Source: Mesotaenium endlicherianum (lineage: Eukaryota). From it: a stretch of DNA of 55,532 nucleotides. Positions 1 to 13,277 of the stretch are shown here, in pieces; the first letter of the stretch is position 1, and each line of letters begins with the position of its first letter. The translations under genes were made by a program, and so were the position numbers. The notes below the pieces were generated by a model. It saw only the letters and a program-made list of their open reading frames with translations, did no database searches and was not told where the DNA came from. The stretch spans positions 34,720-90,251 of the forward strand of contig WELA01003463.1 in assembly GCA_009602735.1 (NCBI GenBank). Direction: 5' to 3'.

Positions 1-332
1 CCCCTGCGCTCCCCCCCCCTCTTGCCCTCCAGCTCCCTCTCCCTTACTCAAACAAAGAGATAGCAGGACGCGTGCTGCAGTCAACGTGGTGTCAGTCTGC
101 CGTCTTCTGAAGCCAGGGCCAGAGCCAGGGCCAAAGATGCCCATAGCCTGCCCTGGGCGGGGCTCCTCGGTTCTACTCCCCTTGTCCACTAAGCTCCAAA
201 TGTAGGTGCTGGTGCTGGTGCTGCTGCTGGTGCAGCAGGACAAGAGCAGACCAGGGCTAGGGCCAACGCTGTGTGCCCTGGGCTGGGCTGCTCCCCTCCC
301 TCTTCCCCAACCCCAAGCCTCCTCCTGCTCAT

Positions 333-975
333 GCCGCTGCTGCTGCTGCTGCTCATGCTGCTGCTGCTACTTTTGCTGCTGCTGCTGCTGCTGGCGGGGG
401 CGGACGCAAGCAGGACGCGCGGGAGGGGGCGGAGCTGGTGGAGGTGGAGCCGCTGCTGGCGCTGGCGCTGAAGAGCATCCAGCGCGACTGTGGCGACGCC
501 TGCCGCGCGGAGGGCCAGCTGGTGAAGGCGGCGGGCGGGCTGCACGTCGTCGGCACCGCGCTCAATGACTCGCGCCGCATTGACAACCAGGTGCGTGGAG
601 GGCGCTGGGCTGGGCAAGGCATCCCTGCTGCCGCCACCACTGCTGCTGCTGCTGCTGCTGCTGCTGGTGGTGGTCGTGGTGGTGGTGGTGCTGTCGAAGG
701 TTATGCTCCTGCTGTTGCTGCTGGTGGTGGCGATCAAAGAGAGGTCATCGTGATGCTGCTGCTGCTGCATCTGGTGGTGATGGGTGGGGGGGGGTGTTGG
801 TGGTGTTGGATGGGGGCGGGGGTGTGAGCAGCTGAGAGGGCGAGCTGGCAGGCAAGGGGACCCCGGCTCCACCCAGTTCTTCATCAGGTCCACTCCCACC
901 TCTCCCTCCCACCCTCCCTGCGGCAGCTGCCGCTATGCTGCTGCCTCCACTTCTGCTGCTGCTGCTGCTGCTGCT
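333..975. repeat. Intronic (GCT/CTG)n and (GGT)n microsatellite tracts (about 333-393, 641-730, 935-975)
   Basis: Trinucleotide runs are directly visible. They generate the poly-A/L/C/Q ORFs in the ORF track. Confidence 0.9.
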
Positions 976-1882
976 GGTCCGCGTGCTCCTGCTGCAGCTG
1001 CTGCTAGTGGTCCCTGCTGGGAGCACTGCTGCTGCTACTGCAGCTGCAGCTTATCAGAGGAAAGAGTCAGCCGGGAGCTCCGGGCGCGGGGGAGGGAGTG
1101 AGTCCGGCGCCTCAGCTGGGCTCTCAAGTCTCGCCCGCTTCCGCGCACGCGCGTCAACGTTGGGAGAGAGGGGGGGCGGGGGGCGCGGGTGCGCAGCTTG
1201 GACGACAAGGTGTTTGCGCAGCACCTGGAGTGGGTGCGCGAGCTGGCGGCCATGATGGGCTTCGTCGACGCCAGCGACGGCTTTGAGGGCGCCGCCATTG
1301 CCGCCCAGGTCTCCCTCGTCCCAGAGACTCCCCCCCTGCTCCCTGCTCCCTCATCCCTCCTCCCTCTTCTTGTCGTCTCACTTGCCTTTACCTTTGTTGT
1401 GCCAGGTGTTGTGCTGAGCTCAACTGTGCCACCGTATGCACGCCAGGTGTAAGGTGGATCTCAGCAGTGCCAAGTGGCATCATTGGGTGTGTGGAGTTTC
1501 TAGCGCCAGGTTAGATTATAGCGCCAGTCGTTCTGTGTGGCACCGGGTGTGAGCCCGTGTGCCAAGTGTCTGCTCGTGGGGCCAAGTGTTTAGCCAGGCC
1601 ATCGTGCCAATCGTTAGCTCATAAAGCCAAGTGTCAAGCTCATACCATGTGTCAGTGTGTCAAGCTCGTGCCTTCCTGGAGTGGAGTGTGGAGTGCGGCG
1701 GCTCGCTGCCACAAAGAGTTTACTGCTGCTTGCTGGTCATGGGCAGCGGGGGGCGCCAAAACGCAGTCGTCTATCTTTTCTCCCCTACTTCCTCTCCCTC
1801 CCTCTTTGCGTATGTGCACATGCACTCCGAAGCTGGCCTCTCTCAACGCCTGTGCGTGCGTGCCTGCGTGTGTGCGTGCGTG

Positions 1883-1926
<44 letters not shown>

Positions 1927-4900
1927 NNNNNNNNNNNNNNNNNNNNNNNNNNNNNNNNNNNNNNNNNNNNNNNNNNNNNNNNNNNNNNNNNNNNNNNNNN
2001 NNNNNNNNNNNNNNNNNNNNNNNNNNNNNNNNNNNNNNNNNNNNNNNNNNNNNNNNNNNNNNNNNNNNNNNNNNNCCCCCCCGCAGCAGGGGCTGAAGAT
2101 ACCTTCCTAGAATGTTTGGCAAAAGTTTCAGTGCAAGGATGGGGCGAAGATGCCGTCCTGGGAGCATCAGACACAACGATACTTTGTCCAACTCTGGCAC
2201 AGCCAGGCAAAATAATTTGCCAGGATACGAACGTGCTATCTTTCACAAGCTGGCAGAGGTCCTCATTATGTTCAGTGGCAAACACTGACTGACGTTTGCC
2301 ACGTGGCCCACGCGGCATGCGCGTGCGCGTGCGCGTGCGTGCGCATATGCGTGAGGTTGCAGGTGCAGAGGGTGCGCATTTACAACCTGCGGCGGGCTAT
2401 GCTGGATGAGCCGCCCCGCGCCGCCCACGCCCGCGCCCTCCGGTGGGTCTTTTTTGCACTCGCCTACCCACTTGCCATACCCGCTCTTCTCTCTCCCTCT
2501 GCATGCATCGTCTTTTGAAGCATCTCCACGCCTGCGCCCCCTGGCGGGCCCCTTTCACACTCGCGCCAGCTGTCAGCTCACCCTTTTGCATGCTTTGTCG
2601 CTTCACATAATCCCACACTCACGCCCGCGCCGTCTCGTGGTTCCTCTTTCCATCCCCCGCCTATTGCCCTGTGTCCTCCCTTGAGCTCTTCCTTTTGCAC
2701 GCTTTGCCTCTTCACTCAACTCCACGCCCGCGCCCTACGGTGGTTGTCGTTCACACTCGCCCCCGCTTGTCCTCTCGGCTCCCAGCTCTCCCTTCCCGAG
2801 CTCCGTTTTGCCTCAGGGCTCCACGCTCGCGCCCGCGTCGGGTGATGGTTCCTTGTCACACTTGCCCTCGCCCCCGCTTGTCTGCCCTGTGCTTGCACAA
2901 CTTTGCCTCTCCAAAGAGATCCAGGCCCCCGCGCAAATCGGTGGTTCCTCCCCCACTCGCCTGTAGACCATTTCCGCCCCCCGCCCGTTCTTTGCGCGCG
3001 GAAGGGCAGAAGCGTGCCAGCTGTGCACCTGCTGCCTGTGCACCCTCTAGATTGGTAGCTTTGGTGTCAGGCTTTGGGGGCTGAAAGCCAGGCGTCTCAG
3101 GTGGGGTTTTGCTGCTGGTAAAAGCTCTATGTCAAGCCTGCGATAGCTGCCTGGATCGAGGGGGCTGGCTCGAGGGCCCTTTGCGGTGTCCTCTGGGCAA
3201 GAGTCTGCTTTCATTTTGGAGAGACGCTTCTCTCGCAGGACAGCAGGCATGCCCCAGTGTGCCGGCGGGCGCGCTTTGCTCTGCCAGCTGGCACACTCCA
3301 GTGCGCTAACACTTGTGGTATTCTTTGTCCTAGCAAGCGGGCTTGCTGCCGCTGCAGGATCTATTTCTGCTGCTGCTGCTGCTGCTGCTCAAGGGGATGC
3401 CGAGGCTGACGCGCAGAAGCAAGCGGTGTGGCTTGGGGGGGCAACAGATACATCCAGGCAGCCGTGGACGCGCTGGTCTCTCAGTTCTGTGACGCGGCCC
3501 AGGTGGGTGCTTCTCCCCTCCTCCCTCTCCCCCTTTCCCTCCCCCTGCTCCTGCTCCTCCTGCTGCTTCTCCTGCTCTTCCTCCCTTCCCCGTCCTTCTC
3601 TCTTTGCTGCTTCTCCCCTCCATCTCTTTCACATCTAGGGAGGAGTCAATCTCCGGCCCGGGATGGACGCCCTCTAGCGCCACTGCCACACTAGCGTACT
3701 TCTCCCTTCTGAAGTCGGCGTGCCTGTGGCAGCGCCAGCAGCGCAGGAGAGGCAAGAGAGCAAGTCTGAGGTCCAGGGCGCAGGCTGAGCTTTTTGCTGG
3801 CCTCGCGCGGACCCCCTGGGCACAAGTAGCCGGACGATTGTGCTTGGATCTTGAAGGGTCATTTGATGACAATGGAGTGATTGGTTGTTGGCTAGGCTGG
3901 TTGGCGCGCCCACTCTTATGGACCGCAGGACGTGCGATGGTGGCATAGGAGAAGGGAGGCTGAGAGTGATTGGAGGGAGGAGAGGGAAATTGGGGGAGGA
4001 GAGGATGGGGGAGAGGAGGGAGAGAGAGAGGAAGAGGGAGAGATATACTGGGACTGAGACTGAGACTGAGAAAGAGAGGCAAAGAGAGACAGGCTGAGAT
4101 AGAGACTGTGAGGGGTTTTTTCTCTCTCGGTCATCAATGGGATGTCGCAACAGTTCTCCCCGGCCCGCAGCACACTCAACTCTGTTCTCCCAACTACCTC
4201 CTGCCCAAAGAAGGAGTGTATGCCTGTGCTCAAGTGTCCCGAATAAGTCCCCCCCCCCCNNNNNNNNNNNNNNNNNNNNNNNNNNNNNNNNNNNNNNNNN
4301 NNNNNNNNNNNNNNNNNNNNNNNNNNNNNNNNNNNNNNNNNNNNNNNNNNNNNNNNNNNNNNNNNNNNNNNNNNNNNNNNNNNNNNNNNNNNNNNNNNNN
4401 NNNNNNNNNNNNNNNNNNNNNNNNNNNNNNNNNNNNNNNNNNNNNNNNNNNNNNNNNNNNNNNNNNNNNNNNNNNNNNNNNNNNNNNNNNNNNNNNNNNN
4501 NNNNNNNNNNNNNNNNNNNNNNNNNNNNNNNNNNNNNNNNNNNNNNNNNNNNNNNNNNNNNNNNNNNNNNNNNNNNNNNNNNNNNNNNNNNNNNNNNNNN
4601 NNNNNNNNNNNNNNNNNNNNNNNNNNNNNNNNNNNNNNNNNNNNNNNNNNNNGGGGGGGGGAGGGAAGTTGGTGCTATGTAAGACAAAAGGTATCAACTG
4701 CTTGGAGCAGGCAGGCGACGTCAGTGTGCAATAGAAGGCCACTCATTCTCTGCCACTGCCCCTGTCACTGCTTGCCTCTGCCTCTGCCTCTGCCCCTGCC
4801 CCTGCCCCTGCCCCTGCCTCTCCTTGTAGCACTCACGCTGACGCTGACCCTGACCTCGGCCCCGGCCCTTAGCGTCTTATTTTTCGCAGTTTCTCTCACT

Positions 4901-7900
4901 TCTACTTGTCAACGCGGATGTTTGCTGCTGATGCCCCTCGGGTCTCAACTCGATCTGCCATCCCGTTCCCTCGTGCATGCGCACCCCTCCCTCCAAAAGT
5001 TGGAGCCGCAAAACTCCGATCGAACTTTCTCAGATGCTGGGACAAGCGCTGGGAAGAAAAGGCCTCGTTTGTCGCCCGACACGCGCGGCAGCATGCATCT
5101 CACGTGCGCCAAGCCTGTCATCCGACACATGTCATGCTACTTGTGCCCGCACCACGCACGCGCGCGCCCACGCCTGCGTGTCACCACCTGACAGCTGCAT
5201 GCCAAACCCTACGGGCATGCGTGCGTTCGTCCGTGCTTTCATCTGTGCGTGCGTACACGCGTGTGTGTTTTGCATGCGTGCACACGCTTGACGCATCACC
5301 ACCTGACATGTGACATGCCATGCGCGCGTGCGCGCGCACGTGCGTGCGTAAATGTGTGCAGCCCGTGGAGAGATGGGACCTGGAGGCGCTGCTGAAGGGC
5401 CTGCGCGACATAGCCATGGACGCCAAGCTGGTGCGCTTCCGCGACGAGCAGAAGACCAACGTCCGCTTCACGGGGGAGCCCCTGGCCAAGGTCACGGCCG
5501 ACGATCTCCTGGGAGCCCTCCAGGACATGCCGGCGCTGGAGGGGCGGGGCCTTTGGAGGCGGGCCCTGGGCGCGGGCTCGCCCCCCCTGGAGCTGCCGCT
5601 GTCGGCGCTGCAGGCGACGTCGCACGGCCTGGTCGCGTCCGTGGAGTCGCTCAAGCGGTGGAACGACATCGTGGCCGACTTGGCTTCCCTGTGAGTCGCA
5701 CGTCGCTCACGCATGCTTGCACACGTACATGCGCGCACATACAATCTCACACATGCACACGCACCCGCACGCACGCGCACACACATGTGCGCAAGCACGC
5801 ATGCATGCATGGGCATGGGCACGCAGATGGGCACACGCACTCATGCACACGCGCATGCACGTACACCCACATGGGCGCACATGCATGTGCGCGTGCACCC
5901 CGGCAGACACACCTATATGCGTATGCACACATACGCACGCACACCTGTGCAAGCAGATACACGTGCATGCATATGCACCCGCACTCATATAGACGTACGC
6001 ACGCATGTGCACATAGCACACACACACACATACACACGTGCTCACCTGACACACATGCACACAGACGCGCACATGCGCATGCACATGGACGCGCACACAC
6101 GCAGATACACTCCTCTGCACACACACGCATACACGTACACACTCACACATGTTTGCCCATCGGGAGGGGGGGACGCACATTCTATCCCAGAGTAGCTTAC
6201 TCACTGATGGCGTTGCACACTTCCTCCACCCCTGCTTTGAGGAGCCCCTGGCTGGACTGGAGGTACAGCCGCCCGCTTAGTCAGACATACAGTTGTCACT
6301 GTCACATCGCCCTCGCGTGTTCTCTCCTGCACGTGCTCTTCTTCCTCTCCGCTCTCCTCTCCCTCCACAGTTCATCTCCAGCAAGTCCTGCAACCCTCTC
6401 CGTTCTTTCATCTGAGAAGGGGAACCTGATAGTATGGGGGTAGTACTTGGCGTCACAGCAGCAGCTGCAGGGTCGCTCAGAAACTGCCACGTGGCATATT
6501 GCGCGTTGTTCCTCATCTATTGTGAGCCAAACGTCGGGGGATGGGGGGCGGAACGAGGGGGGCAGAGAGGGGAAGTACAAGGTACAGCAGGCGGTGCTGC
6601 GCGCGACACTTGGGGGGCACATGATCGACCACTTCGAGCTGGGCGCCCCCAAGATACCCCTCTACCGCCAGGCCGAGCTCGAGGTACTGTTCCACGCGCT
6701 CGCTTGCTCGCTGCTGCTGCTGCTGCTCGTGGCCCTGCTCTCTCAGCTTGCGCTGCTACTGGCAAGAAGTTTGTGATTTCCTTGTTGGACCAGCTAGCAC
6801 CTCTGGTGTGTGTGTGTGTGTATGTTTGTGTGTCTCTGGGTGGGCGTGCTACTGGCTACCCGCTGTGCTGCCTTAAGCTCAGCCAAGCTTAGCTGAGCTG
6901 ACCTGAGCTGGCCTGAGTTAACCGGAGTTGAACTGAGCTGACCACAGTTTTCCTGGCCTGACCTGAGTCTTATGAGCAAACGTAGCTGACCTGAGCTGAG
7001 CCGAGTAGAGATGAGACCCAGGGGGAGCAGTTCAGTTGTGCCTGATCTCTCTCTGTGCGCATACACAGGGAACTGTTTGCAATGTACGGCTTTCTTTTAG
7101 GCTTCCCTCGGGCTCCGTCTGTGGGTCTGGCTCTGGCGCAGTCTCAGGCTCTGCCGCAGGCTCAGATAGACAGCCAGCCAGGGGCCCCGATTGGCGATTT
7201 GTGCGGTAAGCATGCTGATGTACGTTTGGGGGCCAATTGGTAGTGCAGGAGGGCCTGTGTGTCGGCGTGCTTCGAGAAACTAGCAGCAGCTGTTAGGTAC
7301 TCTGGGATGTGGAGGGTTGCCTAAGGCCCGCATGCCGGGTCGGTCTCCGCGGCCTTCTCCGGGAACGTGCGAGTTTCAACGACGCGCTCAGCCCTTTGCG
7401 GGTGACAGTCGGATGATGCTTTGCGTATGCCAGTGCAGAAGGGGCACCCTCTCGTTCTCGTGACTGGGGGGTTGCCGTTAATTGCGCTGAGACTGAGTCG
7501 AGGCTGACTCCTGCATGTGGCCCTTGTGATGTGGCGTGTTTTTGGTGTGTGTGGGTGTGTTTGTGGGTGTGTGTGTTGTGTGGCGCGCAGAGAATGATCA
7601 TGCTGACGGCGCTGGACAGGCACTGGCAGCAGCACCTGAAGAGCATGACGGCGCTGCGCCTCGCAGTGAGCTTTCCCTCAACCCAGTGGCTTACTTTCTC
7701 TCTATCGTCTTCAGGTGCTAGTCCTTGAGCCATATGGCATGTGCCTCAGTGAGATGAATAGTGCTGCCCCGCCTGGCGCTGCCACCCGACCAAGTAACGA
7801 GCTCTCATCGCGGGGCCACTCGTGCGCATGCTAAACTCAAAACGTGAATTCTGCAAGCCCGAGTGCTTCTCCTCCCCCCCCCCCCTCGTCTTCCTGTTTG

Positions 7901-8272
7901 GCGCAGCCTCAGCAAAGGAGCTTGCCCCTCGCCTGTGTCCAGTACTCCTGTCGCTGACCTTGCTTCCGAGGAGTTTCAACAGACGTACTAGAGTTTGAAG
8001 CTCTGCATCTTGATATTTGTTTGCTCCTTAGTCGGGCCAGGTCCGAGGGGTGTGGCACGGTGGTTTGTGTTTGGACAGAAGTCATTGAAATCGGGGGCCG
8101 TTTGATTGTGTGCGGATGGGAGTAGGTGTCAGTGCGGCAGTACGGGAGGCTGGATCCTCTGGAAGAGTACAAGATTGAGAGCTCCCGGTACTTCATCAAC
8201 ATGCTCGAGAGCATGCAGTACTCCATGGTCAACAGGCTGTTGAGCCAGATATGCGCTCCACATAGTGCTTGA
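414..8272 (+). CDS. SECA2: Plastid preprotein translocase ATPase SecA, plant SECA2 type; 3' part of a spliced gene (5' exons lie upstream of the window)
   Basis: GT-AG exons read by hand: 414-590 (..GGLHVVGTALNDSRRIDNQ), 832-887 (LRGRAGRQGDPGSTQFFIS), 1197-1308, 2363-2442 (VQRVRIYNLRRAML), 3448-3502 (YIQAAVDALV), 5362-5690 (..SLKRWNDIVADL), 6566-6683, 7591-7665 (RMIMLTALDRHWQQHL), 8126-8272 (VRQYGRLDPLEEYKIE..TGA). Phases join in frame. SRRIDNQLRGRAGRQGDPG and DPLEEYK are SecA signatures, and the wing-domain segments resemble SECA2 as I recall it. One ~27-aa exon expected between 1308 and 2363 was not found and probably lies in gap 1927-2075. Confidence 0.9.
1851..1926. repeat. (TGCG)n/(TG)n microsatellite running into an assembly gap
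   Basis: Direct reading; Ns at 1927-2075. Confidence 0.9.
5698..6150. repeat. CA/GCAC-rich low-complexity intronic repeat
   Basis: Alternating purine-pyrimidine tract (gcacac/acatgc) directly after the donor at 5691. Confidence 0.85.
6876..7005. repeat. Degenerate pentamer satellite (CTGAG/CTGAC)n in an intron
   Basis: agctgagctgacctgagctggcctgag...ctgacctgagctgagccgag. Confidence 0.75.
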
Positions 8273-8712
8273 TGCCTGCATTGAACTGAGCTATCACTAA
8301 AGATGACACTTTGATTCGTTATGTGCTCAGGACTTCTGTGCGTTGCCATGTTGTGTGTTAAGCTCGCCCAGTTTCTTCACGATAGGTTCTCATAGTTAGG
8401 GTTTCATAGTTAGGGTTTTCCTTGGGTCAATGAATTCATGAAACGATAGATATGTGTGTACCTCAGTTGGATCTGTGCCTGTCCTTAAATCCTTTCATGT
8501 ATGTGGGGCAAATTTTCAAATGGAAAGGTGTTCGTCATGAGTACCCCACCGAAAGGGCCAATTTGAAATCAATCCCTTGCTCCTTACTCCTTAGTATAGG
8601 CCGAGTAATCATGTGGCACCAAATCAGTTTGGACGCAGTGTCTTCCCTTGACTTTCGAGTTTACAACAAAAACTAGGGTGGCTGTACATGCAGATTAATA
8701 TCTTGCTATCAG

Positions 8713-8715
<3 letters not shown>

Positions 8716-8762
<47 letters not shown>
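8716..8762. repeat. (AT)n microsatellite
   Basis: Direct reading. Confidence 0.95.
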
Positions 8763-8764
<2 letters not shown>

Positions 8765-9187
8765 CCGATCAAAAGTAGCTGTCGACGCCTCATGCCAAGT
8801 ACCCCTTTCCATATTGAATATTTCATACAACATACAGCATTAGGCTCATTTGTCACGATAACTTCCAGGCTGGGCTAACCCCATTTTGAAGCACAAGGGC
8901 TTTCTTAGTTTGGGGGGGTTATTTAACAGCTAGTAACGTATCATACTGAGTGACGCTGTTCTGTAGCAAAGGACATTCGACATGGGGGTGCTTTCTCATC
9001 GCCCACCAAATCGCCAGATCAGGCCAAATCAACCTGCAAAAGACCATAAATTATTGTACATCTTAGAAAGGGGCAAAAGCCTATGCACTTTACTATTTGC
9101 GTATTTTGCGTACAACGATATAAAAAGACCCTTCTTTTGGTCTACATATGCACTCTTTGCGTAGCCCCAATCATTACACTTTTCATT

Positions 9188-9760
9188 CACTAAGGAAATA
9201 TTGTGGAATATTAACTTCGGCATATTGGTGGAAGGTACATTGGGACTTCACTTTTGTATGCCACCTAGAAAGTAATTCTGGTGGGTCACGACTTCCGCAT
9301 AGGACAATAAAGAGATTGCCAAGGTGCTTTGCGGTTTCAGTTATGGCGCAACATTAGAACCACCATTGACAAAAGTGAAGTGGGTACTTTACTTTAGCAT
9401 ATCACTAGAAATGTTGAGGGATTTAGCCAGCTACTTTTTTTGGCGTACTATCCTAGGAAGTTATTTGGCGGCTCAATTTTTGGTGTAACACCTCAGCAAG
9501 TAAATTGACGGCGTACCTAAATCGGCGGTTGGCGCCTCACTTTCCGTGTGCCGCTAAGAGTGAACTTGACAGTTCGTTCTTGGCGTATTACTAGGAAATA
9601 AGTAACTACCGCTATTTGCATACCACTAAAGCGGAACTTAAACGATACTTCCCTGTTTGCGTACCACTACTAGTTACGCGGTGGTCACGATAACTCGTCA
9701 TTGTGCCTCATCCAGACAGTAACTTGACGTTTGACTCTGCAAAATTGTTTACCACCATGC
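9188..9760 (+). mobile_element. Possible end of a decayed CACTA/EnSpm DNA transposon (subterminal repeat array)
   Basis: Begins CACTAAGGAAA at 9188, followed by about 8 degenerate copies of a GGCGYA..CACTAG(R)AA-like motif (e.g. near 9345, 9398, 9441, 9581, 9617, 9659). No partner end or transposase was found. Confidence 0.3.
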
Positions 9761-11835
9761 AGGATGTAACTTGGCAACTCAGTAGGGCAACCATCATCGT
9801 CGCTCTAGCTCCGACCTATATCACCTCACGAGTGCTTAGGACAAGCTCATGACACCTTACATACTCGGTGCGTATTGTAAATTATGAGGGGACCGACAAT
9901 TTTCCCCTCACAGCGTGCACCCGAACAATTGCAACAAAAAATTAAGCTTCGCTATAACGCTCGCAGTCGACGCACTGACTTCCCCCCCTCCCTCCCTCCC
10001 TTCTCCACCATCCCTTCTCCCTCCCTTTTGCACCCTCACTCTCTCTAACATCCTCATAACAAGCATGCGGCAATGGCTGCAACCACAACGAGCGGCCGTG
10101 GCTGCCCCTCAGCATGCGCTCCCAACCTTTGAGCCCCCCAACACAATTAAGGAGCGAGAGCGCCCTCCTTCACACCTCCATCACGAGCTACCTAGCGGCC
10201 CACGCGAGGCTTTGCCTCGCTTCTCCTCACCATGGCTGTTTATGGAAAGCCTCAAGGGTGCATTTTGTGAGCGAAAAAGGGGCCTAGTTTTTGGCGAGGG
10301 TCTGATTTATAGTGGTCGCCGAAGGGCGGGCCGCGGAGAAAAGGTTCATGACGATCGAACGCTTTTGCGTCGATCCAGGTCGTACGCATAGACACACAAT
10401 TTTAATCGCACGTACAAGCCGGAGGTCACACAACCTATGGACCTTACTGATTTTCCCCTCACAAAAGTTACGCGTGGGCACCTCATTGAAGTCAACAAGC
10501 TCAAAGTTTGTAGCAAGATGCAATGGAGAAAGTGTTTTTACTGGGTTTTGGGTGTGGTGCGTGGTCCTCTAAGTGCACCCATGGCAAGCGTGCTAGTTAG
10601 CCAAAGCAGTGCTTGGGCCATTCTTCTAATTTGAGTCTTCAAGTATGAGGTTTGAACTCCATGCGAGAAACCTTGAGCCTGAACTTCACTCGTTTTAGAC
10701 GTTATCTCTGATGTAGCAAGCAAAAGGAGCAGAGGCCAGGGAACCCACACTGAGTTACCCCCTGGAGTTACTTCCCGTCCCCACCCCTCCCAAACCCCCA
10801 AGCTGCCCACCACTTTGGCTGCTTCCACCCTCTAACCTCAAAGCTATACTGTTGTTGTGCTCTTTCATGCTTTTGGTTGCCATTGCAGGTTGGCTCGCAG
10901 GCTCGTTGACTCGCACTGGCAGCCCAACTCTATGAAAGCGCTCTTGTCCCGAGGCACTATGTGCCAATCCTGTGGCCTGCTCGGGTTGAGCAAAAAGATA
11001 AAAGAAAAGACGAGGTCTTCTCTAGTGTTGCAACAAAGAAGCTCGTATTGTCATTGTCCAACTCTCTCTGTGTCTCTGCTTTTGCGTGTACCTACAACCC
11101 TCAGCCTTTTGCCCCACTAAGATTTTCTCTGCCTCCTCTCCGTTCTGGCCCTGGCCCCTACGGCCGCCCCTCTGTCCCCCCTCAGTTGTGCAACAGCAGC
11201 CATGGATGCGCGTTTTTAGGTTCGACAATCTTGCTTTCTTTTGGTTGTCATCCTCAGATTGTGTATGTAGTCACCGTTTGTAGCATCTATCACTATAAAT
11301 ATGGATGAAATGATGGAGAGTCAATGCGGACATGTAGGACTCCTATCTTCTTTTGAATGTTTGATGGGTTTGCTAGAGACAGAAACATATTTGTATTGGC
11401 AAGCATTGAAGGTTTGAGGCCTTGCTTTGGACAAAGATCCAGCAGTGACAACCTCAGGTTTTTGGTGTAAGAAGTGGTCCAAGCGGGTTCATTGCCCGGC
11501 AAGCTGAACCTGCTGGCTTGAACACTTGCAAGGTGCAGCACTGCATACGATTAAGAATTTTCACTATTTATTGGTGTTCATCACTTTCTCCTCAATATCC
11601 CCGCTAGCCTTTTAGCAATCCTACCTAAATCTAAGAGGTTTGGCATTATGTGTTACTGCTAGAGTTGTGAGACTTTTACAGAGTGGAGTTACAAGCGTAG
11701 TTGCAGAAAGTTGTAGCTTGAAATTGTAACTTGATATTAATTTATTTTTGGGATCCACCATAGACTAACCAATACAACTCAAATAATTTATACAACATAT
11801 GTATTATTACAACATTCTTGTGATTTGTGTGGCGG

Positions 11836-12056
11836 TGTCGTGCCTAACAGCGTCGGACCCCTGGCACGTGCGTAGCTTCTCAGCACGTGTGCCTTCAACC
11901 TGGTTGACGTGTCGGTGCGTTGCTGCTCGTGGGAAAATCGACCGAGTTAATGGTCCCCTGCACGTGTGTCAGTGACGGCAACCGGTTTCTCATTCTACCT
12001 TACCAACACTTAGTGGAAATTTCAAAAAACTTATCTCATCCTCAGCTTCCCTTACA
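11836..12056 (-). repeat. Element A repeat X, terminal copy (221 bp)
   Basis: Near-identical to 13278-13497; reads TGTAAG...CACGACA on the - strand. Confidence 0.92.
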
Positions 12057-13274
12057 AGAACAGAAGTGTCTTACTTCCACACAGGCTTTCGCCCAAGTTG
12101 AGGGTCTACAGAATAAACAAGTTTTGTGGTTTGCAAAAATCATATCTAAGCAGCTTAACAGGCAATGCCAATTTCAGAGAAAATTGCCCTTCAAGGCTTT
12201 TGCTTAACTTCCACAAGTCACAGCTTACAAAACTCTGAAACTGCACATCTATGCTGGCCTGGTCTGAGCTCTTTACTCAACACCGCGCCTTAACAGCTCT
12301 TCACTGCTCGGTTGGGCTCACTCAGTTCTTCACTGAGAGCTTTCCTTGTTAAGACTACTCTTGCTATCAGCAATTCAACAATTGGGACTTCTGAGAACTT
12401 AGAAACTAACATAGTACTCACCATTTTAAGTCTCCCTTGCACGCTTGTGGCATTTGACCCAAATCTGTGCTAATCTCCTAGCAGATTCTAGTTTTGCAGC
12501 TCTCTACTTTCTACCAGCGAGATCCTCCCTTGGGAACTCCTGAGGTCTCACCTTTCTATGATACCCTTTAGGAAGAAATCTTCCAGCGTCGGCAGAAGCG
12601 TGGCGTCTCGGTTCTTCTATGGCCTTGGGAACTCCTTCTTCTTCGTGCTCCCTCCGCTTCTTCCTTTGACAACGATGCGAGCAAGAATGAGGCAGCTACA
12701 GGCAGGACTCGTGCCTTTCACAGGCACCACACATTATCCTCTCTTGAGAATGCCAGTGCTTAGTCACAGTGCTTAGCTTGGATGCCATCCTTACCTAGCA
12801 GCTCTCACACAGCTTAGGAGTTGTCATTCCGCATGCATGCATGCCTTGGGATTGTCGCGCGTGACTGCTTAGCCCTTCAGCTGACAATCATGCCTATGTG
12901 GCCGGCTGACAGCGTTTAGAATGAACGCCCAAGCCGTGACTAGTCACCAAAGGGTCTCGGCCGAGGTGGCACACAACGCTTCTGCAACATCCTTGCTGTA
13001 CTTGGCTTAGATAACCAATTGATAAGTACCTTTCCGGGCACTTGCTGGTCCCACTCCTAGCCTTTTGGCTGACAACTCCGTCCAAATCCCCATCCATCCC
13101 TGGGTGTGGGTTTGACGTGTCGTGACGACTTTGACAGTGATAACGACTTTGACATGACCGCTGACTGAGATCACTCGGTCCTTTGGTCGGTTAGTCAACG
13201 CTGACTTCCCGTACCTGGGCGACCGTGGCTTGCGCTGTACGTGCGGTACCGTCAAACGGGTAGCAGTCGCGACA
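12057..13274 (-). repeat. Element A repeat Y, 3' copy (1218 bp)
   Basis: Near-identical to 22628-22772 plus 29073-30145, which also total 1218 bp once the chromovirus and one TSD copy are removed. Confidence 0.92.
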
Positions 13275-13277
13275 AGC

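Noticed and set aside
1400..2890. Spaced short repeats (GCCA(A/G)GTGT near 1400-1670; ~110-bp degenerate units near 2550-2890) as a CRISPR-like array
   Set aside because: The repeats are degenerate, irregularly spaced and intronic, and there are no cas genes; they look like ordinary minisatellite decay.
189..6450. Many long ORFs rich in poly-A/L/Q/S, CVCV or HTHT
   Set aside because: They are translations of intronic microsatellites or N gaps; only the SecA-motif segments bounded by GT-AG are credible.
8391..8418. TTAGGGTTT telomere-like doublet (similar short motifs near 54320 and 55455)
   Set aside because: Only two or three degenerate units; too short to call a telomeric array or a functional telo-box.
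9915..11835. Short ORFs between SECA2 and element A (also 30399-30615)
   Set aside because: No recognisable domains and frequent stops; possibly decayed TE sequence.
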